47,485 nucleotides of DNA from an uncultured Candidatus Saccharibacteria bacterium (GCA_964349555.1 CAYGGK010000001.1:1-47485); one strand, 5' to 3'; counted from the first letter of the stretch, positions 27,571 to 37,137 are shown. Notes: a model not told the origin generated them from the sequence alone. A program made the numbers and translations.

Positions 27571-29369
27571 TGAATTCAGAGCACATTCGTAATTTTTCCA
27601 TCATCGCGCACGTGGATCATGGGAAGTCCACCTTGGCCGATCGTCTGCTGGAGCGCACGGGGACCATCCCGGAGAGACTGATGCGCAATCAATTTCTGGA
27701 TCGCATGGACCTAGAGCGCGAACGCGGCATTACGATCAAGATGACTCCCGTTCGCATGAAGTACACGACACCAGCCGCGACGTACTGTCTGAACCTTATC
27801 GACACGCCCGGCCACATAGATTTCTCCTACGAGGTCTCGCGCGCGCTCCATGCGGTCGAGGGGGTCCTTCTCCTTGTTGACTCAACGCAGGGAATCCAAG
27901 CACAGACTTTAACGACGCTTGCGGCGGCACGGGCAAGCGGATGCGTCATTATCCCTATTGTTTCCAAAATTGACTCTCCCTCCGCGCGAGTTGATGAAGT
28001 GAAGGGAGAGCTCGCGACCCTTCTTAAAGGGTCGCCTGATGAGGTGCTCAGTGTATCGGGGAAGACCGGAGAGGGTGTTGACGAGCTCCTTGAAGCTATC
28101 GTGAAGCGTATTCCAAGCCCCGCCTTCTCGTCAGGCGAGCCACGCGGTCTTATCTTTGATTTTTCTTATTCCACGCACCGCGGCGTTGTTGTCTACCTAC
28201 GCGTTTTTGACGGAATGTTCAAAAAGGGCCAGCATCTCACCTTCTGCGCCGCAGAAAAAAACTTTGTCGCGCTTGAGACGGGTATTTTTACCCCTGGAGA
28301 AACAGCCGCGCCATCGCTCTCCGCCGGCGAAATAGGCTACATCGTTACGGGCATTAAGGAACCCGGCATCGTCGCCGTTGGCGATACCATCGGCGCGGTA
28401 CGGGGCTCTCTGCCAGCGCTTCCAGGCTATGAGAGGCCCCGCCCGGTTGTCTGGGCCTCTGTGTATCCAAAAGATCAGAACGACTTACCTCTTCTCCGGA
28501 CGTCGCTCGAACGATTACGGCTTTCTGACTCCTCACTCTCCTTTGAAGAAGAGTCCTCGGGCGTACTAGGAAGAGGATTCCGCTGTGGGTTCCTCGGGCT
28601 TCTGCATCTGGAGATCGTCATTGAGCGACTGAAGCGCGAATGTAGCCTCTCGCTCGTCGTCACCACCCCGACTATTTCGTACTTTGTCACAAGGGCGAAC
28701 GGTGTGCGCGAAGTCGTCTACACGCCGTCGCGGTTTCCCGAGCACGGTGACAGTTTAAAGATTGAAGAACCGTGGGCGAAGGTCATTATCATCACTCCGC
28801 CAGACTCGCTCAGCGCGCTCGTTCAGAAGCTCTACGAGCATGAGGCGCACACACTCGCAACGGAGACCTATCATGACGGCCGCATTGAAATGACGGTGGA
28901 GATGCCGCTACGGGAACTCATGCGCGAATTTTTTGATACGGTAAAAAATATTTCTTCGGGGTACGCTTCGCTCTCGTATGAAATTCTTCCCGAGCGACCG
29001 GCTGATGTTGTCCGCCTAGACATAATGGTGGCCGAGGAGCCGATACCGGCCTTCGCGCGGGTCGTCGCAAGGAGAAGAGTGCAAGAGGAGGCGGAGAAGA
29101 TGGTTGAGAAATTGTACGCCATCCTGCCGAAACAGCAGTTCACGACGAAGATACAGGCGAAGGTTCTTGGGCGCATTATTTCTTCAAGAACGCTCTCAGC
29201 GATGCGTAAGGACGTAACGGGATATCTGTATGGCGGGGACGTATCTCGCAAGATGAAGCTACTCCAAAAACAAAAGCGCGGAAAAAAGAAGATGCTTGAG
29301 AGGGGTACCGGCAAGGTCAACATCCCGGAAGAAGTCTTTATGAAGATGGTGCGTTCTTCTTCAGAGTAG
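27570..29369 (+). CDS. lepA: Elongation factor 4
   Basis: IRNFSIIAHVDHGKSTLADR, DTPGH, GFRCGFLGLLH and RKDVT..LYGGD. Confidence 0.97.
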   Translation: MNSEHIRNFSIIAHVDHGKSTLADRLLERTGTIPERLMRNQFLDRMDLERERGITIKMTPVRMKYTTPAATYCLNLIDTPGHIDFSYEVSRALHAVEGVLLLVDSTQGIQAQTLTTLAAARASGCVIIPIVSKIDSPSARVDEVKGELATLLKGSPDEVLSVSGKTGEGVDELLEAIVKRIPSPAFSSGEPRGLIFDFSYSTHRGVVVYLRVFDGMFKKGQHLTFCAAEKNFVALETGIFTPGETAAPSLSAGEIGYIVTGIKEPGIVAVGDTIGAVRGSLPALPGYERPRPVVWASVYPKDQNDLPLLRTSLERLRLSDSSLSFEEESSGVLGRGFRCGFLGLLHLEIVIERLKRECSLSLVVTTPTISYFVTRANGVREVVYTPSRFPEHGDSLKIEEPWAKVIIITPPDSLSALVQKLYEHEAHTLATETYHDGRIEMTVEMPLRELMREFFDTVKNISSGYASLSYEILPERPADVVRLDIMVAEEPIPAFARVVARRRVQEEAEKMVEKLYAILPKQQFTTKIQAKVLGRIISSRTLSAMRKDVTGYLYGGDVSRKMKLLQKQKRGKKKMLERGTGKVNIPEEVFMKMVRSSSE

Positions 29370-29385
29370 TTGGTATACTTAAAGG

Positions 29386-29727
29386 ATGCATACGAAGCAG
29401 TGGCGGCGCGGGTTCTTGGTGAGTGTTCTTCTGCTTGTCTCGTTTTGGCTCCTGTCGCTTATCTGGGGACTCGTCGGCAAGGCGCAAATAGCGGTAGACG
29501 AGGTACACGACGTGCAGAGGAAATATCAGGCGCTTGAAAAGCGCAGGGCGATGTTAGAAACGAACCTTGCTTCCATTCAGACCGTGCGCGGACAGGATGC
29601 CGCTATTCGTACTGCGTTCGGGGTTGCGCGACCGGGGGAAGAAGTTATCGTGGTTGTGCCGCCGACAGTAGTTGTCCCAACCGAGACACCCTCTTGGTGG
29701 CAAAGGTTATTTGGTTGGTTCCAATAA
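29386..29727 (+). CDS. Septum formation initiator (FtsB/DivIC-like)
   Basis: TM segment, coiled coil and IRTAFGVARPGEEVI. Confidence 0.75.
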   Translation: MHTKQWRRGFLVSVLLLVSFWLLSLIWGLVGKAQIAVDEVHDVQRKYQALEKRRAMLETNLASIQTVRGQDAAIRTAFGVARPGEEVIVVVPPTVVVPTETPSWWQRLFGWFQ

Positions 29728-29798
29728 GCGGAATTGGTTTAGTGGTAGAACAGTTGCTTCCCAAGCAACGGGCGGGAGTTCGATTCTCCCATTCCGCA
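29728..29798 (+). tRNA. tRNA-Gly(CCC)
   Basis: GCGGAAT/ATTCCGC acceptor and GTTGC-TTCCCAA-GCAAC anticodon arm. Confidence 0.92.
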
Positions 29799-29819
29799 CA
29801 TACGAACACAGTGAGGCGG

Positions 29820-29837
29820 TTCTCCCATTCCGCACCA
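29820..29837 (+). repeat. Direct repeat of the tRNA-Gly 3' end, carrying CCA
   Basis: TTCTCCCATTCCGCACCA versus TTCTCCCATTCCGCACAT in the tRNA. Confidence 0.85.
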
Positions 29838-29888
29838 AGTTTCTGGGGATACCTTCGCATGGTATACTAACTCTATAACATTTTAAAC

Positions 29889-30131
29889 ATGGACAAATCT
29901 ATCACCATTTACAGCACGCCGACCTGCCATTTCTGTCAGATGACCAAAGAGTTTCTTAAGGAAAAGGGCATTGGCTACACCGAATTTAACGTCGCGAGCG
30001 ACTTGGAGAAGCGCCAGGAGATGATACAGAGGTCAGGCCAGATGGGCGTGCCGGTTATCTTCATCGGTGACGAAATGATTATCGGTTTCGACAAGGAGAG
30101 GCTCGTTTCAATTCTTGGCATTACCGCGTAA
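29889..30131 (+). CDS. Glutaredoxin-like protein (NrdH/YruB type)
   Basis: YSTPTCHFC and GQMGVPVI...IIGFD. Confidence 0.9.
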   Translation: MDKSITIYSTPTCHFCQMTKEFLKEKGIGYTEFNVASDLEKRQEMIQRSGQMGVPVIFIGDEMIIGFDKERLVSILGITA

Positions 30132-30138
30132 ACGTTCG

Positions 30139-30213
30139 GCCCCTTTAGTTCAATGGATAGAACGGCTCACTCCTAACGAGCTGATTCAGGTTCGACTCCT
30201 GGAGGGGGCACCA
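30139..30213 (+). tRNA. tRNA-Arg(CCU)
   Basis: Cloverleaf with loop CTCCTAA, T-arm TCAGG-TTCGACT-CCTGG and encoded CCA. Confidence 0.88.
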
Positions 30214-30217
30214 GAAA

Positions 30218-30286
30218 CGTGAAAAAGTAAGAAAAAACATGGTTTTTCACGATTATAGTTGACAAAAGCGTGAAAAAGACTATACT
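30218..30286 (+). promoter_or_regulatory. fic promoter with three CGTGAAAAA boxes
   Basis: TTGACA (30259)-16 nt-TATACT (30281); CGTGAAAAAG at 30218 and 30269, inverted TTTTTCACG at 30243. Confidence 0.65.
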
Positions 30287-30294
30287 TGCTTTAT

Positions 30295-31194
30295 ATGGCA
30301 AAGACACCTAGAGCATTTAATAAAATCAATCTGCTTAGAGAGCGGTACTATAATGCGGCTATCGGCAAGGATGCGCTTATTAAGCTCATCGGTGAGGCGG
30401 AGATCGCGGATCAGGTATACAACTCAAACGCTATCGAGAACAGCACTCTTTCCCTCGAGGAGACGGAAAAAATACTTCTCCAGATCGATCTCGATCGTTA
30501 TATCTCTGAACGAGAACTATTTGAGGCGAAGAATCTTGCTCGAGTTGTGTCCTACATAGGCAAGCGAGCTAAAGAGCAAGAGCTCAATCCAGATGTCATT
30601 CTCTCACTGCATAAAATGCTGATGTCCAACATCCGCGATGAAGTCGCCGGACGATTCCGTAAGAATGACGAGTATGTCCGTGTTGGCAGTCATATTGCTC
30701 CCGCTCCAAAAGAAATCAACGGAAGTCTCGAGAAGATGTTCGCGGAATACAACGCCGCAAGTCATGAGAACATCGTCAAGCGCATCGCACGACTCCATCT
30801 CTCATTTGAATATCTCCATCCTTTTATGGACGGCAACGGCCGTATCGGGCGTGTCATCAACAACTATCTCCTCATACGGGAGGGCTTCGTGCCGATAAAT
30901 ATAAAGTTCATCGACCGAAAGAAATACTACGATGCTTTCAAGGAGTTTGATGAGAGGGGTGCGACCGGAATCATGGAAGGGATCGTCGCCAAAGCACTTA
31001 CCAATAGCTACCATAAGCGTCTAGCGTATCTAGAGGGCAAAAAGATTGTCCTACTTTCCGACTATGCCAAGAGCAATAAAATCTCTCACTCGAACCTTAT
31101 AAACAAAGCGACTCGCCAGACCATCGATGCTTTCTTGGAAAGGGGCGTGTGGAAGATTGGGGAGGAGTCTTTAGCTTCAGAGCAGAAGACCTGA
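30295..31194 (+). CDS. Fic-domain protein
   Basis: HPFMDGNGRIGR catalytic motif; SNAIEN inhibitory motif N-terminal to it. Confidence 0.92.
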   Translation: MAKTPRAFNKINLLRERYYNAAIGKDALIKLIGEAEIADQVYNSNAIENSTLSLEETEKILLQIDLDRYISERELFEAKNLARVVSYIGKRAKEQELNPDVILSLHKMLMSNIRDEVAGRFRKNDEYVRVGSHIAPAPKEINGSLEKMFAEYNAASHENIVKRIARLHLSFEYLHPFMDGNGRIGRVINNYLLIREGFVPINIKFIDRKKYYDAFKEFDERGATGIMEGIVAKALTNSYHKRLAYLEGKKIVLLSDYAKSNKISHSNLINKATRQTIDAFLERGVWKIGEESLASEQKT

Positions 31195-31220
31195 ACTAAT
31201 CTTGGTATACTAAGGAACAC

Positions 31221-31505
31221 ATGGACCCGGAGTTGAGACAGATGCTGGAGGAGACGCGCTCGCTGGCGAAGGATAACCACCGTATGCTCCGCGCCATACG
31301 GCGCGGCCAGTGGTTCGGATTTTTCGCCAAAGTAGTTATTTGGGTCATCGTGCTCGCTCTGCCTCTCTACTTGTATCAACAATACCTCCAGCCGCTTGTG
31401 GCGCAATTCTCCGCGACTCCAGGTGCGGCTACCTCGGGCCCACTGGGACTCCCGACTTCCGCCGATATAGAAAAGCTGATAAACTCTCTCAAGGCGGGGC
31501 AGTAG
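31221..31505 (+). CDS. Small single-TM hypothetical protein
   Basis: 94-aa ORF with TM segment and a -10 box upstream. Confidence 0.7.
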   Translation: MDPELRQMLEETRSLAKDNHRMLRAIRRGQWFGFFAKVVIWVIVLALPLYLYQQYLQPLVAQFSATPGAATSGPLGLPTSADIEKLINSLKAGQ

Positions 31506-31518
31506 AGCTCCGCATAAT

Positions 31519-31594
31519 GCTTGGATAGCTCAGTTGGTAGAGCATCGCCCTGAAGAGGCGGGGGTCCCCGGTTCGAGCCCGGGTCCAAGCACCA
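31519..31594 (+). tRNA. tRNA-Phe(GAA)
   Basis: GCTTGGA/TCCAAGC acceptor, CTGAAGA loop and encoded CCA. Confidence 0.93.
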
Positions 31595-31613
31595 TCAGAA
31601 GGTTTTTTGAACA

Positions 31614-32123
31614 CTAACCGGCTTTGACGCGCAGTTTCGTTTGTCTCGCCTTATCAAGCTTCGGGAGAATAATAGTGAGGAGTCCGTCCTTGGAGCTTGC
31701 CGAGGACGCTTCAACGTCCACTTCTTGCGGGAGCATAATCGTGCGAGAGAACGAACCCCAAAACAGCTCGCGTGTAAAATAATCCGGGCCGGTAACCTGC
31801 TCGCGTTCCATGCGAGAGCCTTCTATTTCCACCATGTCGCGGCTTATAGAAATATTTAGTTCGTCCGGGCGCACCCCGGCGACGAACGTCCGAATGATGA
31901 TATCGCTCGGAGTTTGGTGGACATCAACCGGGAGCTGGCCTTCGCTAGTCGGGTAGTCGTCATCGAGCGGCTCCGGGCGTCCGGCAGAGGCGTTCACCTG
32001 GACGCGCGACTTCTGGGTGGCAGTCGGTGCTGTTGCCGGCAATTCTTCTTCAAAAGCATCAAATGCGCCGCCATTAGAGGCGCTACTGGCAAGGCGTTCA
32101 AAGAACGACGGTTTCTTGTTCAT
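31614..32123 (-). CDS. Hsp20/alpha-crystallin small heat shock protein
   Basis: LPVDV...AGV...ELFWGSFSRTIMLP...DGLLTIILPK. Confidence 0.92.
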   Translation of the reverse strand: MNKKPSFFERLASSASNGGAFDAFEEELPATAPTATQKSRVQVNASAGRPEPLDDDYPTSEGQLPVDVHQTPSDIIIRTFVAGVRPDELNISISRDMVEIEGSRMEREQVTGPDYFTRELFWGSFSRTIMLPQEVDVEASSASSKDGLLTIILPKLDKARQTKLRVKAG

Positions 32124-32138
32124 AGGTATCATGAAGAA

Positions 32139-32852
32139 TTATGGATTTCTATACTGGAAATATTTTAGCACCTCAAACGTCGCGAAGAAAATAACCGCAA
32201 CTGTCCAAACAAGGAAGAACGCGACAGAGGAACCTTGTTGTATAATAAGCATATTAAAGGCGACGTGCAATGCGACGGCGAGGATAAGTCCGAGTGCCGC
32301 CAACCACACGCGCAGTCTCGGGCGATAGGGGAATGAAAATGCGAGCGCGAAGCCGATCGCCGCTGAGGCGACCACGTGGAGCAAGGTTGAGCCGAGGAAA
32401 CGCGCGTTTCCGGTGAGGAAGCTGGAGGCAAAGCTTACGCTCTCAAGGGATGTAAAGAAGGGGGCGATAAGAAAAAGCATATTCTCCGCCGCGGCGAAGC
32501 CGAGCGCCACGGTAATCATGTAAATAACGTAATCGGGAGCTTCATCGACCGCTCTCCGCCAGAGAATGAGCGCGGCCGCCATGGTGTATTTAAGCATTTC
32601 TTCTATGAGCGCCCATGCAGTGATGAGCGAAAAATTGTCGTCCAAGTGGTCTTTTGCGTACATCTCCAACGGGAGCACGAGTGGCACCGCCAGCATGCCC
32701 GCGATAAAGGTGAGCGCGATAAGCGTGCGCGGTTCCGGGTGACTCGCGTCTTCCTTCAAGAGGAAGTAGAGCCAGATAAAGGAGGGCAGGAGCCCTCCGA
32801 AAAACGCGTAGCCGAGCGTGGTGAAAGTCACGTGTATAAGTATAACAGCCAT
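32139..32852 (-). CDS. prsW: PrsW family intramembrane metalloprotease
   Basis: HPEP, IEEMLK, GFAAAEN, LLH and LHVAFN. Confidence 0.88.
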   Translation of the reverse strand: MAVILIHVTFTTLGYAFFGGLLPSFIWLYFLLKEDASHPEPRTLIALTFIAGMLAVPLVLPLEMYAKDHLDDNFSLITAWALIEEMLKYTMAAALILWRRAVDEAPDYVIYMITVALGFAAAENMLFLIAPFFTSLESVSFASSFLTGNARFLGSTLLHVVASAAIGFALAFSFPYRPRLRVWLAALGLILAVALHVAFNMLIIQQGSSVAFFLVWTVAVIFFATFEVLKYFQYRNP

Positions 32853-32893
32853 CGCGGCAGCAAATTTCGGGCTACCCGAAATTTACTACCGCC

Positions 32894-35017
32894 TCAGGCT
32901 GGCCATTTCGCGATCATGAGAAATTCTGAGTCTTTTGTCGGCATCTCCTGATAAATTTCTTCGGTGATAAAGGGCATAAAGGGGTGGAGCAAGCGAACCG
33001 TGCGGTCAAGGAGAGTGAGGAGGAGTCGCGCGCGCGACGCGCGCGCACCTGCGTCGGCGCCCGCGAGTATCGGCTTTGATTCTTCAATAATCTTATCCGC
33101 AAGCGTGTGCCACGCGTAGTGATAGAGCTTTTCTACCGCGATATAGAATCGGTATTCTTCAATATCCTTCGTCACACCCTTCGCCAGAACATCACAGTTC
33201 GTGAGAAGTTCACGCTCCCGTACAGAAAATTGAGCGCGCTCAATGTTCTGTACGGAAGCGTTCTCTAATGTGAAGCGCGCGACATTCCATAATTTGTTTG
33301 CGAAGAGCTTGTACGCCTTTATTTTTTCTTCGTAGAGAGAGCTTGAAGTGCCCGGTGTGTTGCCGATAACAAGGCCCATACGAAGCGCGTCGGTCCCATA
33401 CTTTGCCGAGAGCTCAAGCGGACTCATTACATTACCGCGGCTCTTACTCATCTTCTTGCCGTCTTTGGCAACGACGAGTCCGTGGAGGTAGACGGTAGAA
33501 AAAGGGAGTTGGCCGGTGCGGTACTGGCCGAGCATGAGCATGCGTGCGACCCAGAAGAAGATAATCTCTCCCGCGGTTTCCATAACTTGGGTCGGGTAGA
33601 ATGTTTTGAAGTCTTTCGAGTCCGGATATCCGAGTGCGGCAAACGGCCACTGACCAGAGGAGAACCAGGTGTCAAATGTGTCGGTCTCGGCAATCCATCC
33701 TTCGCCCGGCGACTCTACTTGCACGCGAATCTCGCCTTCTTTGTACCAGGCGGGGATGGGAATGCCCCACACTATTTGGCGCGAGACATTCCAGTCCTCT
33801 ATGTTCGTAAGCCAATGAAGCATGATTTTTTTATAATGCTCCGGGTAGAAGGTGACTTCATCGGCCTCTATCGCTTTGACTATGGGCGAAGCGAGGGGTG
33901 CCATCTTGAGGAACCATTGGTCTTTTACCTGTGGCTCAATGGCGGTGTTGCACTTGTAGCAACGCTTTACGACGTTCTTGTAGTCCTCGTCTACTTTCAC
34001 CAAAAGCCCTTTCTCGGTAAGCTTCTCGACGATTTTCGGGCGCGCTTCTTGTATTTTCATCCCAGCAAACTCTCCCGCGATAGGGAGGAGCTTCCCCCGC
34101 CAGTCAATAATCTGTTCGTAGTCGAGATTGTGGCGCTTCGCGATATCAAAGTCTATTTGCGAATGCCACGGAGTGATGGTCATGACTCCGGTACCGAAGG
34201 CAGGATCAACCGCCTCGTCTTTGATAATCGTCGCGGTGACGGCTCCATTAATCCACTCGGTCTCAAACGTATCGCCGTGCTTATACGCGGTGTAGCGCGC
34301 ATCGTTTGGATGCATCACGACGTATTTATCGCTGAACTTTGTCTCCGGGCGAACGGTCCCAATCTCAAACGGTCCATAGGTAAGGGTGTAGAACGGCGTT
34401 GTCTCCTCAATGCTTTCCGTTTCCAGCTCCGAGAGGGACGTCTGGTGTTTCGGACACCAATTGACCGTGCGCTTGCCGCGATAGACGAGATCGTCCCCAT
34501 AGAGCTTCTTGAACGTGTCATACACCGCTGTAACGATGTCCGGGTCAAGAGTGAATTTCTCACGGCTCCAATCGCACGAAGCGCCGAGCTGGCGTAGCTG
34601 CCCCTCCATAAAGGCTTTGTTCGCGAGCGTAAACTCCATAATCTCTTTGCGAAGCGCCTCTGGTTCCATACCAAAGCGAGAGCGACCCTCTTTTTCAAGC
34701 TTCTTTTCGTACACCACTTGCGTCTCGAATCCTGCGTGGTCAGCGCCGGGCACCCAGAGCGCCTTATATCCTTGCATGCGGCGGAAGCGCGTGATCAGGT
34801 CCTCAATCGTGACGAACACGGCGTGTCCCGCATGCAGGGAACCGTTCGCGTTCGGCGGCGGCATTATAACCGTGAACGGTTTTCGTTCACGGTTACCCTG
34901 AGCGGAGTCGAAGGGCGGAAGGTTATCGGGGTTGAAAAAACCGCTTTCCTCCCATTGTTTGTATATTCGTCCCTCGGTTGCCTCGGGGTTGTAGGGTTTC
35001 GTAAACTTCTCGTGCAT
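32894..35017 (-). CDS. valS: Valine--tRNA ligase (short form ending before the C-terminal coiled coil)
   Basis: PPPNANGSLHAGH, DWNVSRQIVWG, DTFDTWFSS and KMSKS. Confidence 0.95.
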   Translation of the reverse strand: MHEKFTKPYNPEATEGRIYKQWEESGFFNPDNLPPFDSAQGNRERKPFTVIMPPPNANGSLHAGHAVFVTIEDLITRFRRMQGYKALWVPGADHAGFETQVVYEKKLEKEGRSRFGMEPEALRKEIMEFTLANKAFMEGQLRQLGASCDWSREKFTLDPDIVTAVYDTFKKLYGDDLVYRGKRTVNWCPKHQTSLSELETESIEETTPFYTLTYGPFEIGTVRPETKFSDKYVVMHPNDARYTAYKHGDTFETEWINGAVTATIIKDEAVDPAFGTGVMTITPWHSQIDFDIAKRHNLDYEQIIDWRGKLLPIAGEFAGMKIQEARPKIVEKLTEKGLLVKVDEDYKNVVKRCYKCNTAIEPQVKDQWFLKMAPLASPIVKAIEADEVTFYPEHYKKIMLHWLTNIEDWNVSRQIVWGIPIPAWYKEGEIRVQVESPGEGWIAETDTFDTWFSSGQWPFAALGYPDSKDFKTFYPTQVMETAGEIIFFWVARMLMLGQYRTGQLPFSTVYLHGLVVAKDGKKMSKSRGNVMSPLELSAKYGTDALRMGLVIGNTPGTSSSLYEEKIKAYKLFANKLWNVARFTLENASVQNIERAQFSVRERELLTNCDVLAKGVTKDIEEYRFYIAVEKLYHYAWHTLADKIIEESKPILAGADAGARASRARLLLTLLDRTVRLLHPFMPFITEEIYQEMPTKDSEFLMIAKWPA

Positions 35018-35038
35018 CGTCCTTAAAATATAGCAAAA

Positions 35039-36277
35039 TCAGAGCTTTTGTGCGAGAGAAAGGTTGCCGTTCGCCTTTATGTCAGAGGAAAATTCGGAGA
35101 GGGAGGCGCGGTAGAAACCGGCCAGCGCAATCATGATGGCGTTGTCGGTGGTGAGGTCGGCGGCAGGGATGCACAGCGTTACCTCGGGCATTTCTTTTAT
35201 CTTTTCGGCAAATACGCGGCGGAGGTGGACGTTCGCCGAGACTCCGCCGCCGATGACGAGAGTTTTAGCACCGGTTTTCTCAAGAGCCATCGCGGTCTTC
35301 TTCCACAGCACGTCGGCAACGGCGTTTTCAAATTCATGTGCAATCTCTTTTTTCTCCCCATCAGTTAAATCCGGGATTTCTTTTAACAAATAGAGCACGG
35401 CTGTTTTAAGTCCTGCAAAGGAGAAGTCGCAGGTACCAGACTCGATCATTGGTCGCGGCAACGTGAAGGGTTTCGTAAATCCTTCAGATGAAGGATTTAC
35501 GAAACCCTTCATGCGCACAGATTCAGCGAGGCGCGAGATTTCTGGGCCGCCCGGGTAGGGGAGGTCGAGCATGCGCGCGACCTTGTCAAAGGCCTCGCCA
35601 ACGGCGTCGTCGCGTGTCTGGCCGACGAGTTCGTACGAGAGCCACTCTTTCATCAACACAAGCTCAGTATGTCCGCCTGAAATAAGGAGAGCAAGCACGG
35701 GCATCTCGACGTTTTTAATTTCCAATTTTTCGATTTGAGATTTGTTTAATGCTTCGTGCTTAGTGCTTAGTGTTTCTCGCCGCGCTAATGCGGCGAGTAT
35801 ATGCCCTTCCATATGGTTTATCGCAACGAGCGGTTTATCCCAGGCGAGCGCGAGCGCCTTCGCGAAGTTGATACCGACCCAGAGCGCGGGCTCGAGCCCA
35901 GGGCCCGCCGTAACAGCAATTGCATCGATGGCAGGCGGCTCGCACTCGGAAATGAACTCAAGAAACGCTTCGGAGAGACCGGGCTCGCGCGCCAAGATTT
36001 CAGAAATCTTGGCGCGCGCCTCTTCCGACATCGCCTGAGTGTCTTCATGCAAGAGCTCAGCTTCTTCAAGCGCCGCTTCTAGAATAGGCACAAGATTCTT
36101 TGCGTGTTCGCGTTTCGCGAGGGCGGGGAAGATCCCGCCATATTCCTTATGCACTTCCACCTGCGAGAGGAGCGCATTCCCGAGCACGGTAAACCGCGCG
36201 TTTTGCTCAGTACCTGCGCACTCAAGTATCGCTATCGCGGTCTCATCGCAAGAAGTTTCAATCGCCAGGACCTTCAT
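35039..36277 (-). CDS. tsaD: tRNA N6-threonylcarbamoyladenosine transferase TsaD
   Basis: IETSCDET, HMEGH, SGGHT, DDAVGEAFDKVAR and TDNAIMIA. Confidence 0.96.
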   Translation of the reverse strand: MKVLAIETSCDETAIAILECAGTEQNARFTVLGNALLSQVEVHKEYGGIFPALAKREHAKNLVPILEAALEEAELLHEDTQAMSEEARAKISEILAREPGLSEAFLEFISECEPPAIDAIAVTAGPGLEPALWVGINFAKALALAWDKPLVAINHMEGHILAALARRETLSTKHEALNKSQIEKLEIKNVEMPVLALLISGGHTELVLMKEWLSYELVGQTRDDAVGEAFDKVARMLDLPYPGGPEISRLAESVRMKGFVNPSSEGFTKPFTLPRPMIESGTCDFSFAGLKTAVLYLLKEIPDLTDGEKKEIAHEFENAVADVLWKKTAMALEKTGAKTLVIGGGVSANVHLRRVFAEKIKEMPEVTLCIPAADLTTDNAIMIALAGFYRASLSEFSSDIKANGNLSLAQKL

Positions 36278-36282
36278 ATTCG

Positions 36283-37137
36283 TTACTCTTCTATCTCAAT
36301 CCACGGCATCTTGCTTCCATTTGGAATAAAAAATCCGGCAGAACCCGGGTGCCCGCCGCCGCCATATTTCTCTGCAATTTTAGACACATCAACCGAACCA
36401 TCGCCACGAATAGAAACGCCGAAGCCGTTGGGGTGCGCGGTTACGATGAGCGCGAAAGGAGGTAGCTTCTCATAGAGCTCATGGCCGACATACGACTTCA
36501 TGGTTATGTTCGGATGCGTTGCGACGAAATATACTTCGTAACCTTCGAAATGAACTTTCTTCGCTCGTTCCGCAGAAGACTGGCCGAGCGCTTTAAAAAA
36601 TTCCGTATATGCCGCCGCTTTCTTGAGTATCTCAACACGCTCCATTTCGTTTTCTAATCCAAGTGCAAGTTTTTCCCATGCGGGGAACTCAAATGGCAAA
36701 ACGAGTAGGTAGGAAAAAATGTCTCGGGTCTCGGGGAGTCTGTAGCGATAGAGATCGCCATCTTCAAGATAGTGCATCAGCCGCGGTGTTGGGGCGGTGG
36801 GGTTGAAATAACTCCACGCTATGGTCGCGCCAGACCGGGTGTTGTCGAAGACATGTTCAGGCGTACGTTCAACAAGTGCTCGAGCGCTTTCATGATGATC
36901 AAGCACGACGAGTCGACTGGTCGATTTCATGAGCGCATCCATCTGTTCGATCGTCTCGTAGCAGAAGTCAACGATGTACACTTCGCGCCCAGCAAGTTCT
37001 TTCGGTGGGGCGTCTCCATGGTCGACGGGAAGGTATGTTGCGGTATCTCCGAATTTTTTCCAGGCGGCATACGCACCCGCAAAACCATCAGGGCACTTTC
37101 CATGATAAAGGACAACGGTTTGTGTAGCAGTTTTCAT
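36283..37137 (-). CDS. DHH/DHHA1 family phosphoesterase
   Basis: YH..C.DG, VDF, DHH and GGGGHP..AGF. Confidence 0.88.
   Translation of the reverse strand: MKTATQTVVLYHGKCPDGFAGAYAAWKKFGDTATYLPVDHGDAPPKELAGREVYIVDFCYETIEQMDALMKSTSRLVVLDHHESARALVERTPEHVFDNTRSGATIAWSYFNPTAPTPRLMHYLEDGDLYRYRLPETRDIFSYLLVLPFEFPAWEKLALGLENEMERVEILKKAAAYTEFFKALGQSSAERAKKVHFEGYEVYFVATHPNITMKSYVGHELYEKLPPFALIVTAHPNGFGVSIRGDGSVDVSKIAEKYGGGGHPGSAGFFIPNGSKMPWIEIEE

Noticed and set aside
33482..34597. 371-aa plus-strand ORF
   Set aside because: It is the antisense shadow of valS with no recognisable motifs; the same applies to long antisense ORFs over nrdJ, murJ, trxB and the TPR gene.
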